In this document: positions 26,639-39,900 of the stretch, piece after piece | Layout: each line of letters starts with the position of its first letter | How positions within the stretch are numbered: the stretch's first letter is position 1 | Assembly: GCF_058153355.1 (NCBI RefSeq) | Contig: NZ_CM177019.1 | Length of the DNA: 64,000 bases | Reading direction: 5' to 3' (one strand) | Position numbers and translations under genes: made by a program | Notes under the pieces: generated by a model | What the model saw: only the letters and a program-made list of their open reading frames with translations | What the model was told of the DNA's origin: nothing | Databases searched by the model: none

Positions 26639-28054
26639 TTATTTCGAGTTGCTATTTGAGGTGTCGAACTGCTGTGTCAGATAGCTACTGGTGGAGTTAA
26701 GCGAGTTCATTAACACATCTAATTGGGTGAACTGGGCTTTATAGCGCGTCATTAAGGTATCGATACGCTCACTGGCTGCGTTGTACTGGTCGGTCAAATT
26801 ATTCAGCGTTTTGCTGACGCCATCTTTTGCGGCCTGGATTATCCCGGTGGAAGAGAGCCAACTGGTCAGGTTGCTACTAATGCCGGTAGTTACCCCTGTA
26901 CTTTTACCGTCACCTATAAACATTTCACCGATGCCAGCGGCATCTTTTTTTAGTGCCGTTTGCAGTTTGTCGGTCGCGATTTCCAGCTTGCCGGTACTGG
27001 CATCGCTGGTAATGCCAATCTGTGCCAGCGTTTTATAGTTTGAACTGCTGTGAGTATTGGCGAGCAAGGTTTTAAGCTGAGTCTGGATGGTACGCAGTGT
27101 GGAGTCACCAAGTAATGCTCCATTACTGGAGTCCTGACTTTCTGCTCCGGCATCGACAGCGGTGTATTTGGTTAAGCTACTGAATGTATCCTGCAATGTG
27201 TTATAGGCATCCACCCATGCTTTGACTGCATTTTCAGCTTTGGATGTGTCTTTACTGATGGTCAGTGTCTGATTACCGGTGGTGACGTCATTCAGGTTGA
27301 GTGTGATATCTTCCAGCGCGTCGCTGATAGTGTTACTGCTGTTTTCAATCTCAACGTTATTGACTGTTAGTTTGGCGTTTTGCGCGGTGACGCTTTCAAT
27401 CATGCCATTGCTGCTATCACCCGACGTTCCGTTGTAACCCATAAAACTTTCCAGGGCGCTGTCGCCGCTGACGCTAAGTTTCATAGCGTTATCGTTGCCC
27501 GTATCGTTAGCGGTGATGGACAGACGATATTCGCCGTTTCCCACATTGATGATACTGGCGCTGACACCAGCTTTGGCGTTGTTAATGGCATCGCGAATGC
27601 CGGAAAGTGACGAGTTAGCCGCGCTGATATCAATCGTGACCGGATCTTTACCGCCGCCTTGCTGGATGGTCAGTACGCTATCGCTGGTAGCGATGGCAGC
27701 TTTACTGTCTTTTTGACTAATTTTTGTGGTCAGCGTTTGTGCCTGCGCCAGTTGGCTAACGCTAATGGTGAATTTCCCGGCAATCGCGCTGCCCGTGGTG
27801 GTGGCGCTGAAAGCCGATGAACTGCTGGTGGTTGAAGTGGCGGTAAATAAATCGGCTTTATTCAGTGCTGTGTTGGCTGTCTGGAAACTCTCTAGTGCAC
27901 TTTTCAGCGTCCCGTAGGCGCTCAGTTTCGCGGTGTAAGAGCTTTGCTGTTTTGATATCGGCGTCAGGGTAGATTTTTCTGCCGCCTCCAGACTGTCAAG
28001 GATGCTGCTTAAGTCCAGCCCCGACCCAACCCCAAGCGTTGAAATACTAGCCAT
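26639..28054 (-). CDS. fliD: Flagellar filament cap protein FliD
   Basis: 471-aa ORF (MASISTLGVGSGLDLSSILDSL...). Confidence 0.92.
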   Translation of the reverse strand: MASISTLGVGSGLDLSSILDSLEAAEKSTLTPISKQQSSYTAKLSAYGTLKSALESFQTANTALNKADLFTATSTTSSSSAFSATTTGSAIAGKFTISVSQLAQAQTLTTKISQKDSKAAIATSDSVLTIQQGGGKDPVTIDISAANSSLSGIRDAINNAKAGVSASIINVGNGEYRLSITANDTGNDNAMKLSVSGDSALESFMGYNGTSGDSSNGMIESVTAQNAKLTVNNVEIENSSNTISDALEDITLNLNDVTTGNQTLTISKDTSKAENAVKAWVDAYNTLQDTFSSLTKYTAVDAGAESQDSSNGALLGDSTLRTIQTQLKTLLANTHSSSNYKTLAQIGITSDASTGKLEIATDKLQTALKKDAAGIGEMFIGDGKSTGVTTGISSNLTSWLSSTGIIQAAKDGVSKTLNNLTDQYNAASERIDTLMTRYKAQFTQLDVLMNSLNSTSSYLTQQFDTSNSNSK

Positions 28055-28096
28055 ATAGATTCCTTAATCATGCGACGTATAGAACGAATATCGAGG

Positions 28097-28123
28097 TTAT
28101 CGGCGTAAGCGGGGCAAAGTTTA
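28097..28123 (-). promoter_or_regulatory. sigma28 (FliA) class 3 promoter for fliDST
   Basis: Minus-strand TAAACTTT-N11-GCCGATAA, a near-perfect match to the sigma28 consensus TAAAGTTT-N11-GCCGATAA. Confidence 0.75.
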
Positions 28124-28196
28124 CGATTTATTTTTTGGTTTAATGACACGAACAGCAACGAGGAAGGGGAGTATTTCGACCGCTAGAAAAAAATTC

Positions 28197-28223
28197 TAAA
28201 GGTTGTGAGTGACCAGACGATAA
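28197..28223 (+). promoter_or_regulatory. sigma28 (FliA) class 3 promoter for fliC
   Basis: TAAAGGTT-N11-GACGATAA about 75 bp upstream of the fliC ATG. Confidence 0.75.
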
Positions 28224-28299
28224 CAGGGTTGACGGCGACGAAGCCGAAGGGTGGAAGCCCAATACCTAAACCGTAGACTTGAAAACAGGAAAAGAAATC

Positions 28300-29781
28300 A
28301 TGGCACAAGTCATTAATACCAACAGCCTCTCGCTGATCACTCAGAACAACATCAACAAAAACCAGTCTGCGCTGTCGACGTCTATCGAGCGTCTGTCTTC
28401 CGGTCTGCGTATCAACAGCGCAAAGGATGATGCAGCGGGCCAGGCCATTGCTAACCGTTTCACCTCTAACATTAAAGGCCTGACTCAGGCTGCACGTAAC
28501 GCCAACGACGGTATTTCTCTGGCGCAGACTACTGAAGGCGCGCTGTCTGAGATTAACAACAACTTGCAGCGTGTGCGTGAGTTGACTGTACAGGCGACGA
28601 CCGGGACTAACTCTGAATCTGACCTGTCTTCTATCCAGGATGAAATCAAATCCCGTTTAAGCGAAATTGACCGTGTTTCTGGTCAGACTCAGTTTAACGG
28701 CGTGAACGTACTGGCTAAGAATGACACCCTGTCTATTCAGGTAGGTGCAAATGACGGTCAGACTATCAATATTGACCTGCAGCAGATCGATTCTCATACA
28801 CTGGGTCTGGATGGTTTCAGCGTTAAAAACAATGATGCAGTGAAAACCAGTGCTGCGGTGAATACTCTTGGGGGTGGGGCAAGTTCTGTTGCTGTCGACT
28901 TCGCAACAACCAATTTGACTGCTATCGCTGGTCTCGGTGGCGGTGCTATCAGCGAAATTGCTAAAGACGATAATGGTGATTACTACGCGCATGTTACAGG
29001 GACTACGGGTAGTACTGCTGATGGTTACTATGCTGTCGATATTGACAAGGCTAACGGTAAGGTCGCTCTGAAAGATGGTAACGTAGATACACCGACAGGT
29101 ACGCCAACGACGACAAGCACATATGACTTCACAGACGCTGGTCAAACCGTTTCCTTTGGCACTGATGCTGCAACAGCAGGTATCAGCACTGGCGCTTCTC
29201 TCGTCAAACTTCAGGATGAGAAAGGCAATGATACTGCTACTTATGCAATCAAAGCACAAGATGGCAGCCTGTATGCCGCCAACGTTGATGAGACTACCGG
29301 TAAAGTCACTGTCAAAACCGCCAGCTATACCGATGCTGACGGCAAAGCAGTGACCGATGCCGCTGTAAAACTGGGTGGCGACAATGGCAAAACCGAAATT
29401 GTTGTCGATGCTGCGTCAGGTAAAACTTACGATGCTGGTGCACTGCAAAACGCTGATCTCTCCAGTGCAACCAACACGGTAACCGCAATCCCGAACGGTA
29501 AAACCACGTCTCCTCTGGCTGCCCTTGACGACGCAATCAGCCAGATCGACAAATTCCGCTCCTCCCTCGGTGCGGTACAAAACCGTTTGGATTCCGCCGT
29601 CACCAACCTGAACAACACCACTACCAACCTGTCTGAAGCGCAGTCCCGTATTCAGGACGCCGACTATGCGACCGAAGTGTCCAACATGTCGAAAGCGCAG
29701 ATTATCCAGCAGGCCGGTAACTCCGTGCTGGCAAAAGCCAACCAGGTACCGCAGCAGGTTCTGTCTCTGCTGCAGGGTTAA
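28300..29781 (+). CDS. fliC: Flagellin FliC (493 aa from MAQVINTNSL); conserved termini with a variable central H-antigen domain
   Basis: ORF trimmed to the canonical start; N- and C-terminal regions match recalled flagellin, central region diverges from K-12. Confidence 0.93.
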   Translation: MAQVINTNSLSLITQNNINKNQSALSTSIERLSSGLRINSAKDDAAGQAIANRFTSNIKGLTQAARNANDGISLAQTTEGALSEINNNLQRVRELTVQATTGTNSESDLSSIQDEIKSRLSEIDRVSGQTQFNGVNVLAKNDTLSIQVGANDGQTINIDLQQIDSHTLGLDGFSVKNNDAVKTSAAVNTLGGGASSVAVDFATTNLTAIAGLGGGAISEIAKDDNGDYYAHVTGTTGSTADGYYAVDIDKANGKVALKDGNVDTPTGTPTTTSTYDFTDAGQTVSFGTDAATAGISTGASLVKLQDEKGNDTATYAIKAQDGSLYAANVDETTGKVTVKTASYTDADGKAVTDAAVKLGGDNGKTEIVVDAASGKTYDAGALQNADLSSATNTVTAIPNGKTTSPLAALDDAISQIDKFRSSLGAVQNRLDSAVTNLNNTTTNLSEAQSRIQDADYATEVSNMSKAQIIQQAGNSVLAKANQVPQQVLSLLQG

Positions 29782-29824
29782 TCGTCCTAACCTGATTAAC
29801 TGAGACTGACGGCAACGCCAAATT

Positions 29825-29927
<103 letters not shown>

Positions 29928-29955
29928 TGAATGGTAATTTGTCAGCAACGTGCTT

Positions 29956-29980
29956 CCCCGCCACCGGCGGGGTTTTTTCT
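29956..29980 (+). terminator. Rho-independent terminator after fliC
   Basis: ccccgccaccggcgggg hairpin followed by a T run. Confidence 0.8.
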
Positions 29981-30067
29981 GTCCGCAATTTACCGGTAAC
30001 CCCCAAATAACCCCTCATTTCACCCACTAATCGTCCGATTAAAAACCCTGCAGAAACGGATAATCAT

Positions 30068-30075
30068 GCCGATAA
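30068..30075 (+). promoter_or_regulatory. sigma28-type -10 element (GCCGATAA) upstream of fliA
   Basis: Exact GCCGATAA about 25 bp upstream of the fliA GTG; the matching -35 is weak. Confidence 0.4.
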
Positions 30076-30100
30076 CTCATATAACGCAGGGCTGTTTATC

Positions 30101-30820
30101 GTGAATTCACTCTATACCGCTGAAGGTGTAATGGATAAACACTCGCTGTGGCAGCGTTATGTCCCGCTGGTGCGTCACGAAGCATTGCGCCTGCAGGTTC
30201 GACTGCCCGCGAGCGTGGAACTTGACGATCTGCTACAGGCGGGCGGCATTGGGTTACTTAATGCCGTCGAACGCTATGACGCCCTACAAGGAACGGCATT
30301 TACAACTTACGCAGTGCAGCGTATCCGTGGCGCTATGCTGGATGAACTTCGCAGCCGTGACTGGGTGCCGCGCAGCGTGCGACGCAACGCGCGTGAAGTG
30401 GCACAGGCAATAGGGCAACTGGAGCAGGAACTTGGCCGCAACGCCACGGAAACTGAGGTTGCGGAACGTTTAGGGATCGATATTGCCGATTATCGCCAAA
30501 TGTTGCTCGACACCAATAACAGCCAGCTCTTCTCCTACGATGAGTGGCGCGAAGAGCACGGCGATAGCATCGAACTGGTTACTGATGATCATCAGCGAGA
30601 AAACCCGCTACAACAACTGCTGGACAGTAATCTGCGCCAGCGGGTGATGGAAGCCATCGAAACGTTGCCTGAGCGCGAAAAACTGGTATTAACCCTCTAT
30701 TACCAGGAAGAGCTGAATCTCAAAGAGATTGGCGCGGTGCTGGAGGTCGGGGAATCGCGGGTCAGTCAGTTACACAGCCAGGCCATTAAACGGTTACGCA
30801 CTAAACTGGGTAAGTTATAA
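30101..30820 (+). CDS. fliA: Flagellar sigma factor sigma28 FliA (GTG start)
   Basis: 239-aa ORF with sigma-70 family regions 2 and 4. Confidence 0.95.
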   Translation: MNSLYTAEGVMDKHSLWQRYVPLVRHEALRLQVRLPASVELDDLLQAGGIGLLNAVERYDALQGTAFTTYAVQRIRGAMLDELRSRDWVPRSVRRNAREVAQAIGQLEQELGRNATETEVAERLGIDIADYRQMLLDTNNSQLFSYDEWREEHGDSIELVTDDHQRENPLQQLLDSNLRQRVMEAIETLPEREKLVLTLYYQEELNLKEIGAVLEVGESRVSQLHSQAIKRLRTKLGKL

Positions 30821-30865
30821 CGTCAGTAAATGCCGCACTTTAATTTTGACTACCAGGAGTTCTTA

Positions 30866-31417
30866 ATGATGGTGCAGCACCTGAAAAGACGGCCATTAAG
30901 CCGCTATCTTAAAGACTTTAAACACAGCCAGACCCATTGCGCGCATTGCCGTAAATTACTCGATCGCATTACCCTCGTTCGCGACGGCAAAATAGTGAAT
31001 AAAATCGAGATTTCCCGCCTGGACACGCTGCTTGATGAAAATGGCTGGCAAGTGGAACAAAAATCATGGGCGGCATTGTGCCGATTTTGCGGTGATTTAC
31101 ATTGCAAAACGCAGAGTGATTTTTTCGATATTATCGGCTTTAAGCAATTTCTTTTTGAGCAAACTGAAATGAGCCCAGGTACGGTGCGTGAATATGTCGT
31201 TCGTCTGCGCCGTTTGGGTAATCATCTTCACGAGCAAAATATTTCCCTCGATCAGCTGCAGGACGGTTTCCTTGATGAAATCCTCGCCCCGTGGCTGCCC
31301 ACTACCAGCACCAACAATTACCGCATCGCGTTACGGAAGTATCAACACTATCAGCGTCAAACGTGTACCGGACTTGTGCAGAAATCCACCAGTCTGCCTG
31401 CTTCTGATATATATTAA
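30866..31417 (+). CDS. fliZ: FliZ regulator (183 aa from MMVQHLKRRPL)
   Basis: ORF trimmed to the canonical start; downstream of fliA. Confidence 0.9.
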   Translation: MMVQHLKRRPLSRYLKDFKHSQTHCAHCRKLLDRITLVRDGKIVNKIEISRLDTLLDENGWQVEQKSWAALCRFCGDLHCKTQSDFFDIIGFKQFLFEQTEMSPGTVREYVVRLRRLGNHLHEQNISLDQLQDGFLDEILAPWLPTTSTNNYRIALRKYQHYQRQTCTGLVQKSTSLPASDIY

Positions 31418-31504
31418 ATAAGAATAAGATGTAGCAGAGTTGTTTTTGTGTTTACAAACAATGGCTCTACACTGCAAACAGACATAACAACATTCGGGGT
31501 GAAT

Positions 31505-33396
<1,892 letters not shown>

Positions 33397-33410
33397 CTCC
33401 GGAAACGCTC

Positions 33411-34079
33411 ATGCAAGAAAGTATACAACTGGTTATTGATTCCTTGCCGTTCCTGCTGAAAGGGGCTGGGTATACGCTGCAACTCAGTATCGGCGGCATG
33501 TTTTTTGGCTTACTGCTAGGGTTTATTCTCGCGCTGATGCGCCTTTCGCCAATCTGGCCCGTGCGCTGGCTGGCGCGTTTTTATATCTCTATTTTTCGTG
33601 GTACACCGCTCATCGCACAACTGTTTATGATCTATTACGGCCTGCCGCAGTTTGGCATCGAATTAGATCCTATACCATCAGCGATGATTGGTCTGTCGCT
33701 GAATACTGCCGCCTATGCAGCCGAAACGCTGCGCGCCGCCATTTCTTCTATTGATAAAGGTCAGTGGGAAGCTGCTGCCAGTATTGGTATGACGCCGTGG
33801 CAGACCATGCGTCGCGCGATTTTGCCACAGGCGGCGCGGGTGGCGTTGCCGCCGCTGTCGAACAGCTTTATCAGCCTGGTAAAAGATACGTCGCTGGCCG
33901 CGACAATCCAGGTGCCGGAGCTGTTCCGTCAGGCGCAGTTGATTACCTCGCGTACGCTGGAGGTGTTCACCATGTATCTGGCGGCTTCGCTCATCTACTG
34001 GATCATGGCGACAGTGTTATCGACGTTGCAGAACCATTTTGAGAATCAACTTAATCGCCAGGAGAGAGAACCAAAATGA
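33411..34079 (+). CDS. tcyL: Cystine ABC transporter permease TcyL (YecS)
   Basis: 222-aa ABC permease ORF. Confidence 0.9.
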   Translation: MQESIQLVIDSLPFLLKGAGYTLQLSIGGMFFGLLLGFILALMRLSPIWPVRWLARFYISIFRGTPLIAQLFMIYYGLPQFGIELDPIPSAMIGLSLNTAAYAAETLRAAISSIDKGQWEAAASIGMTPWQTMRRAILPQAARVALPPLSNSFISLVKDTSLAATIQVPELFRQAQLITSRTLEVFTMYLAASLIYWIMATVLSTLQNHFENQLNRQEREPK

Positions 34080-34828
34080 GTGCCATTGAAGTTAAGAACC
34101 TGGTGAAAAAATTCCACGGCCAGACGGTGCTGCACGGTATCGACCTTGAGGTGAAGCCTGGCGAAGTGGTAGCGATTATCGGTCCGAGCGGTTCCGGTAA
34201 AACCACGTTGCTCCGCAGCATAAATCTGCTGGAGCAACCGGAAGCGGGAACCATTACCGTTGGCGATATCACCATTGATACTGCACGTTCATTAAGTCAG
34301 CAAAAATCGCTGATTCGCCAGTTGCGTCAGCACGTCGGGTTTGTCTTCCAGAACTTTAATTTGTTTCCGCATTGCACGGTACTGGAAAACATTATTGAAG
34401 GGCCGGTGATCGTCAAAGGCGAACCAAAAGAAGAGGCCACGGCGCGCGCTCGCGAGCTACTGGCGAAAGTTGGGCTGGCCGGTAAAGAAACCAGTTATCC
34501 ACGTCGTTTGTCTGGCGGTCAACAGCAGCGTGTCGCGATTGCGCGAGCGCTGGCTATGCGTCCTGAGGTGATTTTGTTTGACGAGCCAACGTCGGCGCTG
34601 GATCCAGAGCTGGTGGGCGAAGTCCTGAACACCATCCGCCAGCTGGCGCAGGAAAAGCGCACGATGGTGATTGTGACGCACGAAATGAGCTTTGCCCGGG
34701 ATGTTGCGGACAGGGCGATCTTTATGGACCAGGGGCGGATAGTCGAGCAGGGGGCCGCAAAAGCGTTATTTGCCGATCCTCAGCTGCCTCGCACTCGCCA
34801 GTTCCTCGAGAAGTTTCTGCTGCAATAA
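34076..34828 (+). CDS. tcyN: Cystine ABC transporter ATP-binding protein TcyN (YecC)
   Basis: 250-aa ORF with Walker A GPSGSGKTT, signature LSGGQQQRVAIARAL, Walker B ILFDEPTSALD. Confidence 0.92.
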   Translation: MSAIEVKNLVKKFHGQTVLHGIDLEVKPGEVVAIIGPSGSGKTTLLRSINLLEQPEAGTITVGDITIDTARSLSQQKSLIRQLRQHVGFVFQNFNLFPHCTVLENIIEGPVIVKGEPKEEATARARELLAKVGLAGKETSYPRRLSGGQQQRVAIARALAMRPEVILFDEPTSALDPELVGEVLNTIRQLAQEKRTMVIVTHEMSFARDVADRAIFMDQGRIVEQGAAKALFADPQLPRTRQFLEKFLLQ

Positions 34829-35057
34829 TAAGAAAAAATCAGCCCCGACGATTTACCAGCCGGGGCGGGACGCCACTTCAAACGTGATAAAACTGCTTAA
34901 CAAATCAGCATAACTCATTAATAACATAAGAGAATGCGATGGCTTGCAAAAGTAATTCATTGCCTGAATAATATAAATTATATATAAATCTTATTTATGT
35001 GATAGTTTGAATTATCATTATAAATGATACTCACTCTCAGGGGCGTTGCGGTTTACT

Positions 35058-35780
35058 ATGCAGGATACGGATTTTTTCAGCTGGCGTCGCACGATGCTGT
35101 TGCGTTTTCAGAGGATGGAGGCCGCAGAAGAGGTCTACCATGAAATAGAGCTTCAGGCTCAGCAGCTGGAGTACGATTACTATTCGTTATGTGTTCGCCA
35201 CCCGGTACCATTCACGCGACCTAAAGTAGCTTTCTACACCAATTACCCTGAGGCGTGGGTGAGTTATTATCAGGCAAAAAACTTTCTCGCCATTGATCCT
35301 GTGCTGAACCCTGAAAACTTTAGTCAGGGCCATTTAATGTGGAATGATGACTTATTCAGCGAAGCACAGCCGTTATGGGAAGCCGCGCGCGCACACGGTT
35401 TACGCCGCGGTGTCACTCAGTATTTAATGCTGCCAAATCGGGCGCTGGGCTTTTTGTCCTTTTCCCGTTGCAGCACGCGCGAAATACCCATTCTTAGTGA
35501 TGAACTGCAATTAAAAATGCAGTTACTGGTGCGCGAAAGTCTGATGGCTCTAATGCGTTTAAATGATGAAATAGTGATGACGCCAGAGATGAATTTCAGC
35601 AAGCGCGAAAAAGAAATTCTGAAATGGACGGCGGAAGGGAAGACATCAGCAGAGATAGCGATGATTTTGTCAATCTCTGAGAATACGGTCAATTTCCATC
35701 AGAAAAACATGCAGAAAAAAATCAATGCACCGAATAAGACCCAGGTTGCCTGTTACGCGGCCGCTACTGGCTTAATTTGA
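35058..35780 (+). CDS. sdiA: LuxR-type quorum-sensing regulator SdiA (240 aa from MQDTDFFSWRRTML)
   Basis: Autoinducer-binding domain plus C-terminal LuxR HTH. Confidence 0.92.
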   Translation: MQDTDFFSWRRTMLLRFQRMEAAEEVYHEIELQAQQLEYDYYSLCVRHPVPFTRPKVAFYTNYPEAWVSYYQAKNFLAIDPVLNPENFSQGHLMWNDDLFSEAQPLWEAARAHGLRRGVTQYLMLPNRALGFLSFSRCSTREIPILSDELQLKMQLLVRESLMALMRLNDEIVMTPEMNFSKREKEILKWTAEGKTSAEIAMILSISENTVNFHQKNMQKKINAPNKTQVACYAAATGLI

Positions 35781-35807
35781 TCGCTTTTCTTTCTGCGTGC
35801 CAGATGC

Positions 35808-35845
35808 AAAAACCGGCTGAAAGGCACGCTCTCAGCCGGTTTTAT
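35808..35845. terminator. Bidirectional hairpin terminator between sdiA and yecF
   Basis: aaaaccggctga...tcagccggtttt inverted repeat with A-run and T-run flanks. Confidence 0.7.
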
Positions 35846-35846
35846 A

Positions 35847-36071
35847 TTACTGACGGTAGGCTTGTTTAATTTGCTTAACCGTTTTGGAAAATACTGCAGC
35901 CTGGGTTTCGTCTTCGATCAGCGCAAGCTGTTTTTCCATCTTTAACATCACGCGGCCCGCGTCAGCTTGTCCCATCGCCTGCAGCATCAGCGTCAGCATC
36001 GCTTTCAGGCAGGAGACTTCATTTGCCAGTTCTTGATTATTCTCGGCAGTAGAAAAATCAGGCGTACTCAT
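35847..36071 (-). CDS. yecF: Small protein YecF
   Basis: 74-aa ORF; synteny between sdiA and uvrY. Confidence 0.75.
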
Positions 36072-36529
36072 TTATTTTCCTCGTCATGTTGCAATGAAAA
36101 TTTGCGGTGAAAAATGTTAAGGCGGCGGAGTATACCATAAGCTTTGCTAAAAATAGCAGTGGTTGTTTTTTGAGCGTGCCGTCAACGGTGCTATTAAATG
36201 CGTTAATATAATGACCAATAAATATTTTTATCATGAATGTTTTTTGCCCGTATTGTTCGGGTTAATTAATGTTACATATTCAGCGGGCTGATTTTCATTT
36301 TTGCTGAATAAAGGTAATTTTTGTCACATTTCGTCGCAGGGCTTACTGTGAAACGATCCGGTAAGCCGTTGGTGACGGGCGTGACCATTACTGTGGACAA
36401 TCGAATTGACAAAAACGAGAGAAAAATCGAATACCCACCATTTTTAACGTTTCAAAGTTGCAATAAAAACCGCTAATATACGAATGACTAACTATCAGTA
36501 GCGTTATCCCTATTTCTGGAGATATTCCT

Positions 36530-37186
36530 TTGATCAACGTTCTACTTGTTGATGACCACGAACTGGTGCGCGCAGGGATACGACGCATTCTGGAAGATAT
36601 AAAGGGTATAAAAGTCGTCGGTGAGGCATCGTGCGGTGAAGACGCCGTTAAGTGGTGCCGGGCAAATGCCGTTGACGTGGTGCTAATGGACATGAGTATG
36701 CCGGGCATTGGCGGTCTTGAGGCGACGCGTAAAATCGCGCGTTCCACAGCTGATGTCAAAATCATCATGCTTACTGTCCATACAGAAAACCCTTTACCAG
36801 CGAAAGTCATGCAGGCCGGTGCTGCGGGCTACCTCAGCAAAGGCGCGGCTCCGCAGGAAGTCGTGAGTGCGATCCGTTCTGTCTATTCAGGGCAGCGTTA
36901 CATTGCTTCTGACATCGCTCAACAAATGGCGTTAAGCCAGATCGAACCAGAAAAAACAGAAAGCCCATTTGCCAGTTTGTCTGAACGTGAATTGCAGATT
37001 ATGCTGATGATCACCAAGGGCCAGAAGGTCAATGAGATCTCAGAACAGCTCAATCTCAGTCCGAAAACGGTGAACAGCTACCGCTATCGAATGTTCAGTA
37101 AACTAAACATTCATGGCGATGTTGAGCTGACTCACCTGGCAATTCGCCATGGTCTGTGTAATGCGGAGACATTATCAAGTCAGTGA
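36530..37186 (+). CDS. uvrY: Response regulator UvrY (BarA/UvrY two-component system); TTG start
   Basis: 218-aa ORF with receiver domain ([13 protein letters not shown]...D54 region) and LuxR HTH. Confidence 0.93.
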   Translation: MINVLLVDDHELVRAGIRRILEDIKGIKVVGEASCGEDAVKWCRANAVDVVLMDMSMPGIGGLEATRKIARSTADVKIIMLTVHTENPLPAKVMQAGAAGYLSKGAAPQEVVSAIRSVYSGQRYIASDIAQQMALSQIEPEKTESPFASLSERELQIMLMITKGQKVNEISEQLNLSPKTVNSYRYRMFSKLNIHGDVELTHLAIRHGLCNAETLSSQ

Positions 37187-39015
37187 GTGATCAGTTTGAC
37201 GCAAAAGCGTTTTTAAAAACCGTAACCAGCCAGCCAGGCGTTTATCGCATGTACGATGCTGGTGGTACGGTTATCTATGTCGGCAAAGCGAAAGACCTGA
37301 AAAAACGGCTTTCCAGCTATTTCCGTAGCAACCTCGCTTCGCGCAAAACCGAAGCGCTGGTCGCCCAGATCCAGCAAATTGATGTAACGGTTACTCATAC
37401 AGAAACCGAAGCGCTGTTGCTGGAACACAACTACATCAAACTCTATCAGCCGCGTTACAACGTTTTGCTACGCGATGATAAATCTTATCCTTTTATCTTC
37501 CTGAGTGGCGATACCCACCCGCGTCTGGCGATGCATCGTGGTGCGAAGCATGCCAAAGGTGAATATTTCGGCCCGTTCCCGAATGGCTATGCCGTACGTG
37601 AAACACTGGCGTTACTGCAAAAGATATTCCCCATTCGCCAGTGCGAAAATAGTGTTTATCGCAATCGCTCGCGTCCGTGTCTGCAATATCAGATAGGGCG
37701 CTGTCTGGGGCCGTGCGTTGAAGGACTGGTGAGTGAAGAAGAATACGCTCAGCAGGTCGAGTATGTGCGCCTGTTTTTGTCTGGCAAAGATGATCAGGTG
37801 CTTACGCAACTCATTAGCCGTATGGAAACTGCCAGCCAGAATCTGGAGTTTGAAGAAGCGGCACGTATTCGCGACCAAATTCAGGCGGTGCGACGCGTCA
37901 CCGAAAAACAGTTTGTGTCCAATACCGGCGACGACCTTGACGTTATTGGTGTGGCGTTCGATGCGGGCATGGCTTGTGTCCACGTATTGTTCATTCGTCA
38001 GGGTAAAGTGCTCGGCAGCCGCAGCTATTTCCCGAAAGTGCCGGGCGGTACGGAACTGAGCGAGGTGGTGGAAACCTTCGTAGGTCAGTTCTATTTACAA
38101 GGCAGCCAGATGCGCACCTTACCGGGTGAGATCCTGCTCGATTTTAATCTTAGCGATAAAACGCTGCTCGCCGATTCCCTTTCAGAACTGGCGGGACGCA
38201 AGATTAATGTTCAAACCAAACCTCGCGGCGATCGGGCGCGTTATCTGAAACTCGCGCGCACCAATGCGGCGACGGCCTTAACCAGCAAACTTTCGCAGCA
38301 ATCTACCGTTCACCAGCGACTGACCGCGCTTGCCAGCGTGTTGAAATTGCCGGATGTGAAGCGGATGGAGTGCTTTGACATCAGCCATACCATGGGTGAA
38401 CAAACCGTCGCCTCCTGTGTGGTATTTGATGCTAACGGCCCGCTGCGTGCGGAGTATCGGCGCTATAACATTACTGGCATTACGCCGGGCGATGATTATG
38501 CGGCGATGAATCAGGTGCTGCGTCGGCGTTATGGTAAAGCCATCGACGACAGTAAGATCCCGGATGTGATCCTTATCGACGGCGGCAAAGGCCAGCTTGC
38601 ACAGGCGAAAAATGTCTTCGCCGAACTGGATGTCTCATGGGATAAAAATCATCCGCTGCTACTTGGCGTTGCCAAAGGAGCAGATAGGAAGGCTGGGTTG
38701 GAAACGCTGTTCTTTGAGCCGGAAGGTGAGGGATTCAGTTTGCCGCCAGATTCTCCCGCGCTGCATGTTATCCAACATATTCGCGACGAATCACACGATC
38801 ACGCGATTGGCGGGCACCGCAAAAAACGGGCGAAGGTCAAAAATACCAGTTCCCTGGAAACCATTGAAGGCGTCGGGCCAAAACGTCGGCAAATGTTGTT
38901 GAAATATATGGGCGGTTTGCAAGGTTTACGTAACGCCAGCGTCGAGGAAATTGCAAAAGTGCCGGGTATTTCGCAAGGTCTGGCAGAAAAGATCTTCTGG
39001 TCGTTGAAACATTGA
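37183..39015 (+). CDS. uvrC: Excinuclease ABC subunit C UvrC
   Basis: 610-aa ORF with GIY-YIG N-terminus ([24 protein letters not shown]). Confidence 0.95.
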   Translation: MSDQFDAKAFLKTVTSQPGVYRMYDAGGTVIYVGKAKDLKKRLSSYFRSNLASRKTEALVAQIQQIDVTVTHTETEALLLEHNYIKLYQPRYNVLLRDDKSYPFIFLSGDTHPRLAMHRGAKHAKGEYFGPFPNGYAVRETLALLQKIFPIRQCENSVYRNRSRPCLQYQIGRCLGPCVEGLVSEEEYAQQVEYVRLFLSGKDDQVLTQLISRMETASQNLEFEEAARIRDQIQAVRRVTEKQFVSNTGDDLDVIGVAFDAGMACVHVLFIRQGKVLGSRSYFPKVPGGTELSEVVETFVGQFYLQGSQMRTLPGEILLDFNLSDKTLLADSLSELAGRKINVQTKPRGDRARYLKLARTNAATALTSKLSQQSTVHQRLTALASVLKLPDVKRMECFDISHTMGEQTVASCVVFDANGPLRAEYRRYNITGITPGDDYAAMNQVLRRRYGKAIDDSKIPDVILIDGGKGQLAQAKNVFAELDVSWDKNHPLLLGVAKGADRKAGLETLFFEPEGEGFSLPPDSPALHVIQHIRDESHDHAIGGHRKKRAKVKNTSSLETIEGVGPKRRQMLLKYMGGLQGLRNASVEEIAKVPGISQGLAEKIFWSLKH

Positions 39016-39071
39016 TGTCTCTGTAGCAACATAGGGGTAATCTTACTGACAACAGATAGTTACCCGTCATT

Positions 39072-39620
39072 ATGCAATTTAATATTCCTACGTTGCTTAC
39101 ACTGTTCCGTGTCATCCTTATCCCATTCTTTGTATTGGTCTTTTATCTACCTGTCACCTGGTCGCCGTTTGCCGCCGCGCTCATTTTCTGCGTCGCGGCG
39201 GTGACTGACTGGTTCGATGGTTTTCTGGCACGCCGCTGGAACCAGAGTACCCGGTTTGGTGCTTTCCTTGACCCTGTAGCAGATAAAGTTCTCGTGGCTA
39301 TCGCCATGGTGCTGGTAACCGAGCATTATCACAGCTGGTGGGTGACCTTACCGGCAGCAACGATGATCGCCCGTGAAATTATTATTTCTGCGCTACGCGA
39401 ATGGATGGCGGAGTTGGGTAAACGCAGTAGCGTGGCTGTCTCCTGGATTGGGAAAGTGAAAACCACTGCCCAGATGGTGGCGCTGGCATGGCTGCTGTGG
39501 CGTCCGAACATTTGGGTTGAGTACGCCGGTATTGCACTTTTCTTTGTGGCTGCGGTACTGACTCTGTGGTCAATGTTGCAATATTTGAGCGCTGCGCGTG
39601 CAGATTTGCTTGATCAGTGA
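39072..39620 (+). CDS. pgsA: CDP-diacylglycerol--glycerol-3-phosphate 3-phosphatidyltransferase PgsA
   Basis: 182-aa ORF with CDP-alcohol phosphatidyltransferase motif (DGFLAR...FLDPVADK). Confidence 0.93.
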
Positions 39621-39670
39621 TCGTTTCGGCGCAATTTTCAGCAAACGATCAAAAGTGGTGAAAAATATCG

Positions 39671-39698
39671 TTGACTCATCGCGCCAGGTAAGTAGAAT
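39671..39698 (+). promoter_or_regulatory. Strong sigma70 promoter for the glyW-cysT-leuZ tRNA operon
   Basis: TTGACT-N16-TAGAAT about 75 bp upstream of glyW, followed by a GC-rich discriminator. Confidence 0.65.
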
Positions 39699-39771
39699 GC
39701 AACGCATCGAACGGCGGCACTGATTGCCAGACGATAATAAAATCAAGTGATTAACTGATTGCTTGATGAAT

Positions 39772-39847
<76 letters not shown>

Positions 39848-39900
39848 GTTTAAAAGACATCGGCTTCAGCGGATGTCCGGCTGAAAGGCCTGAAGAATTT

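Noticed and set aside
36072-36529. Long AT-rich intergenic region upstream of uvrY as a possible hidden gene or sRNA
   Set aside because: No ORF with start context and no terminator-bounded structured element was recognised. Most simply the uvrY promoter/leader region (uvrY uses a TTG start).
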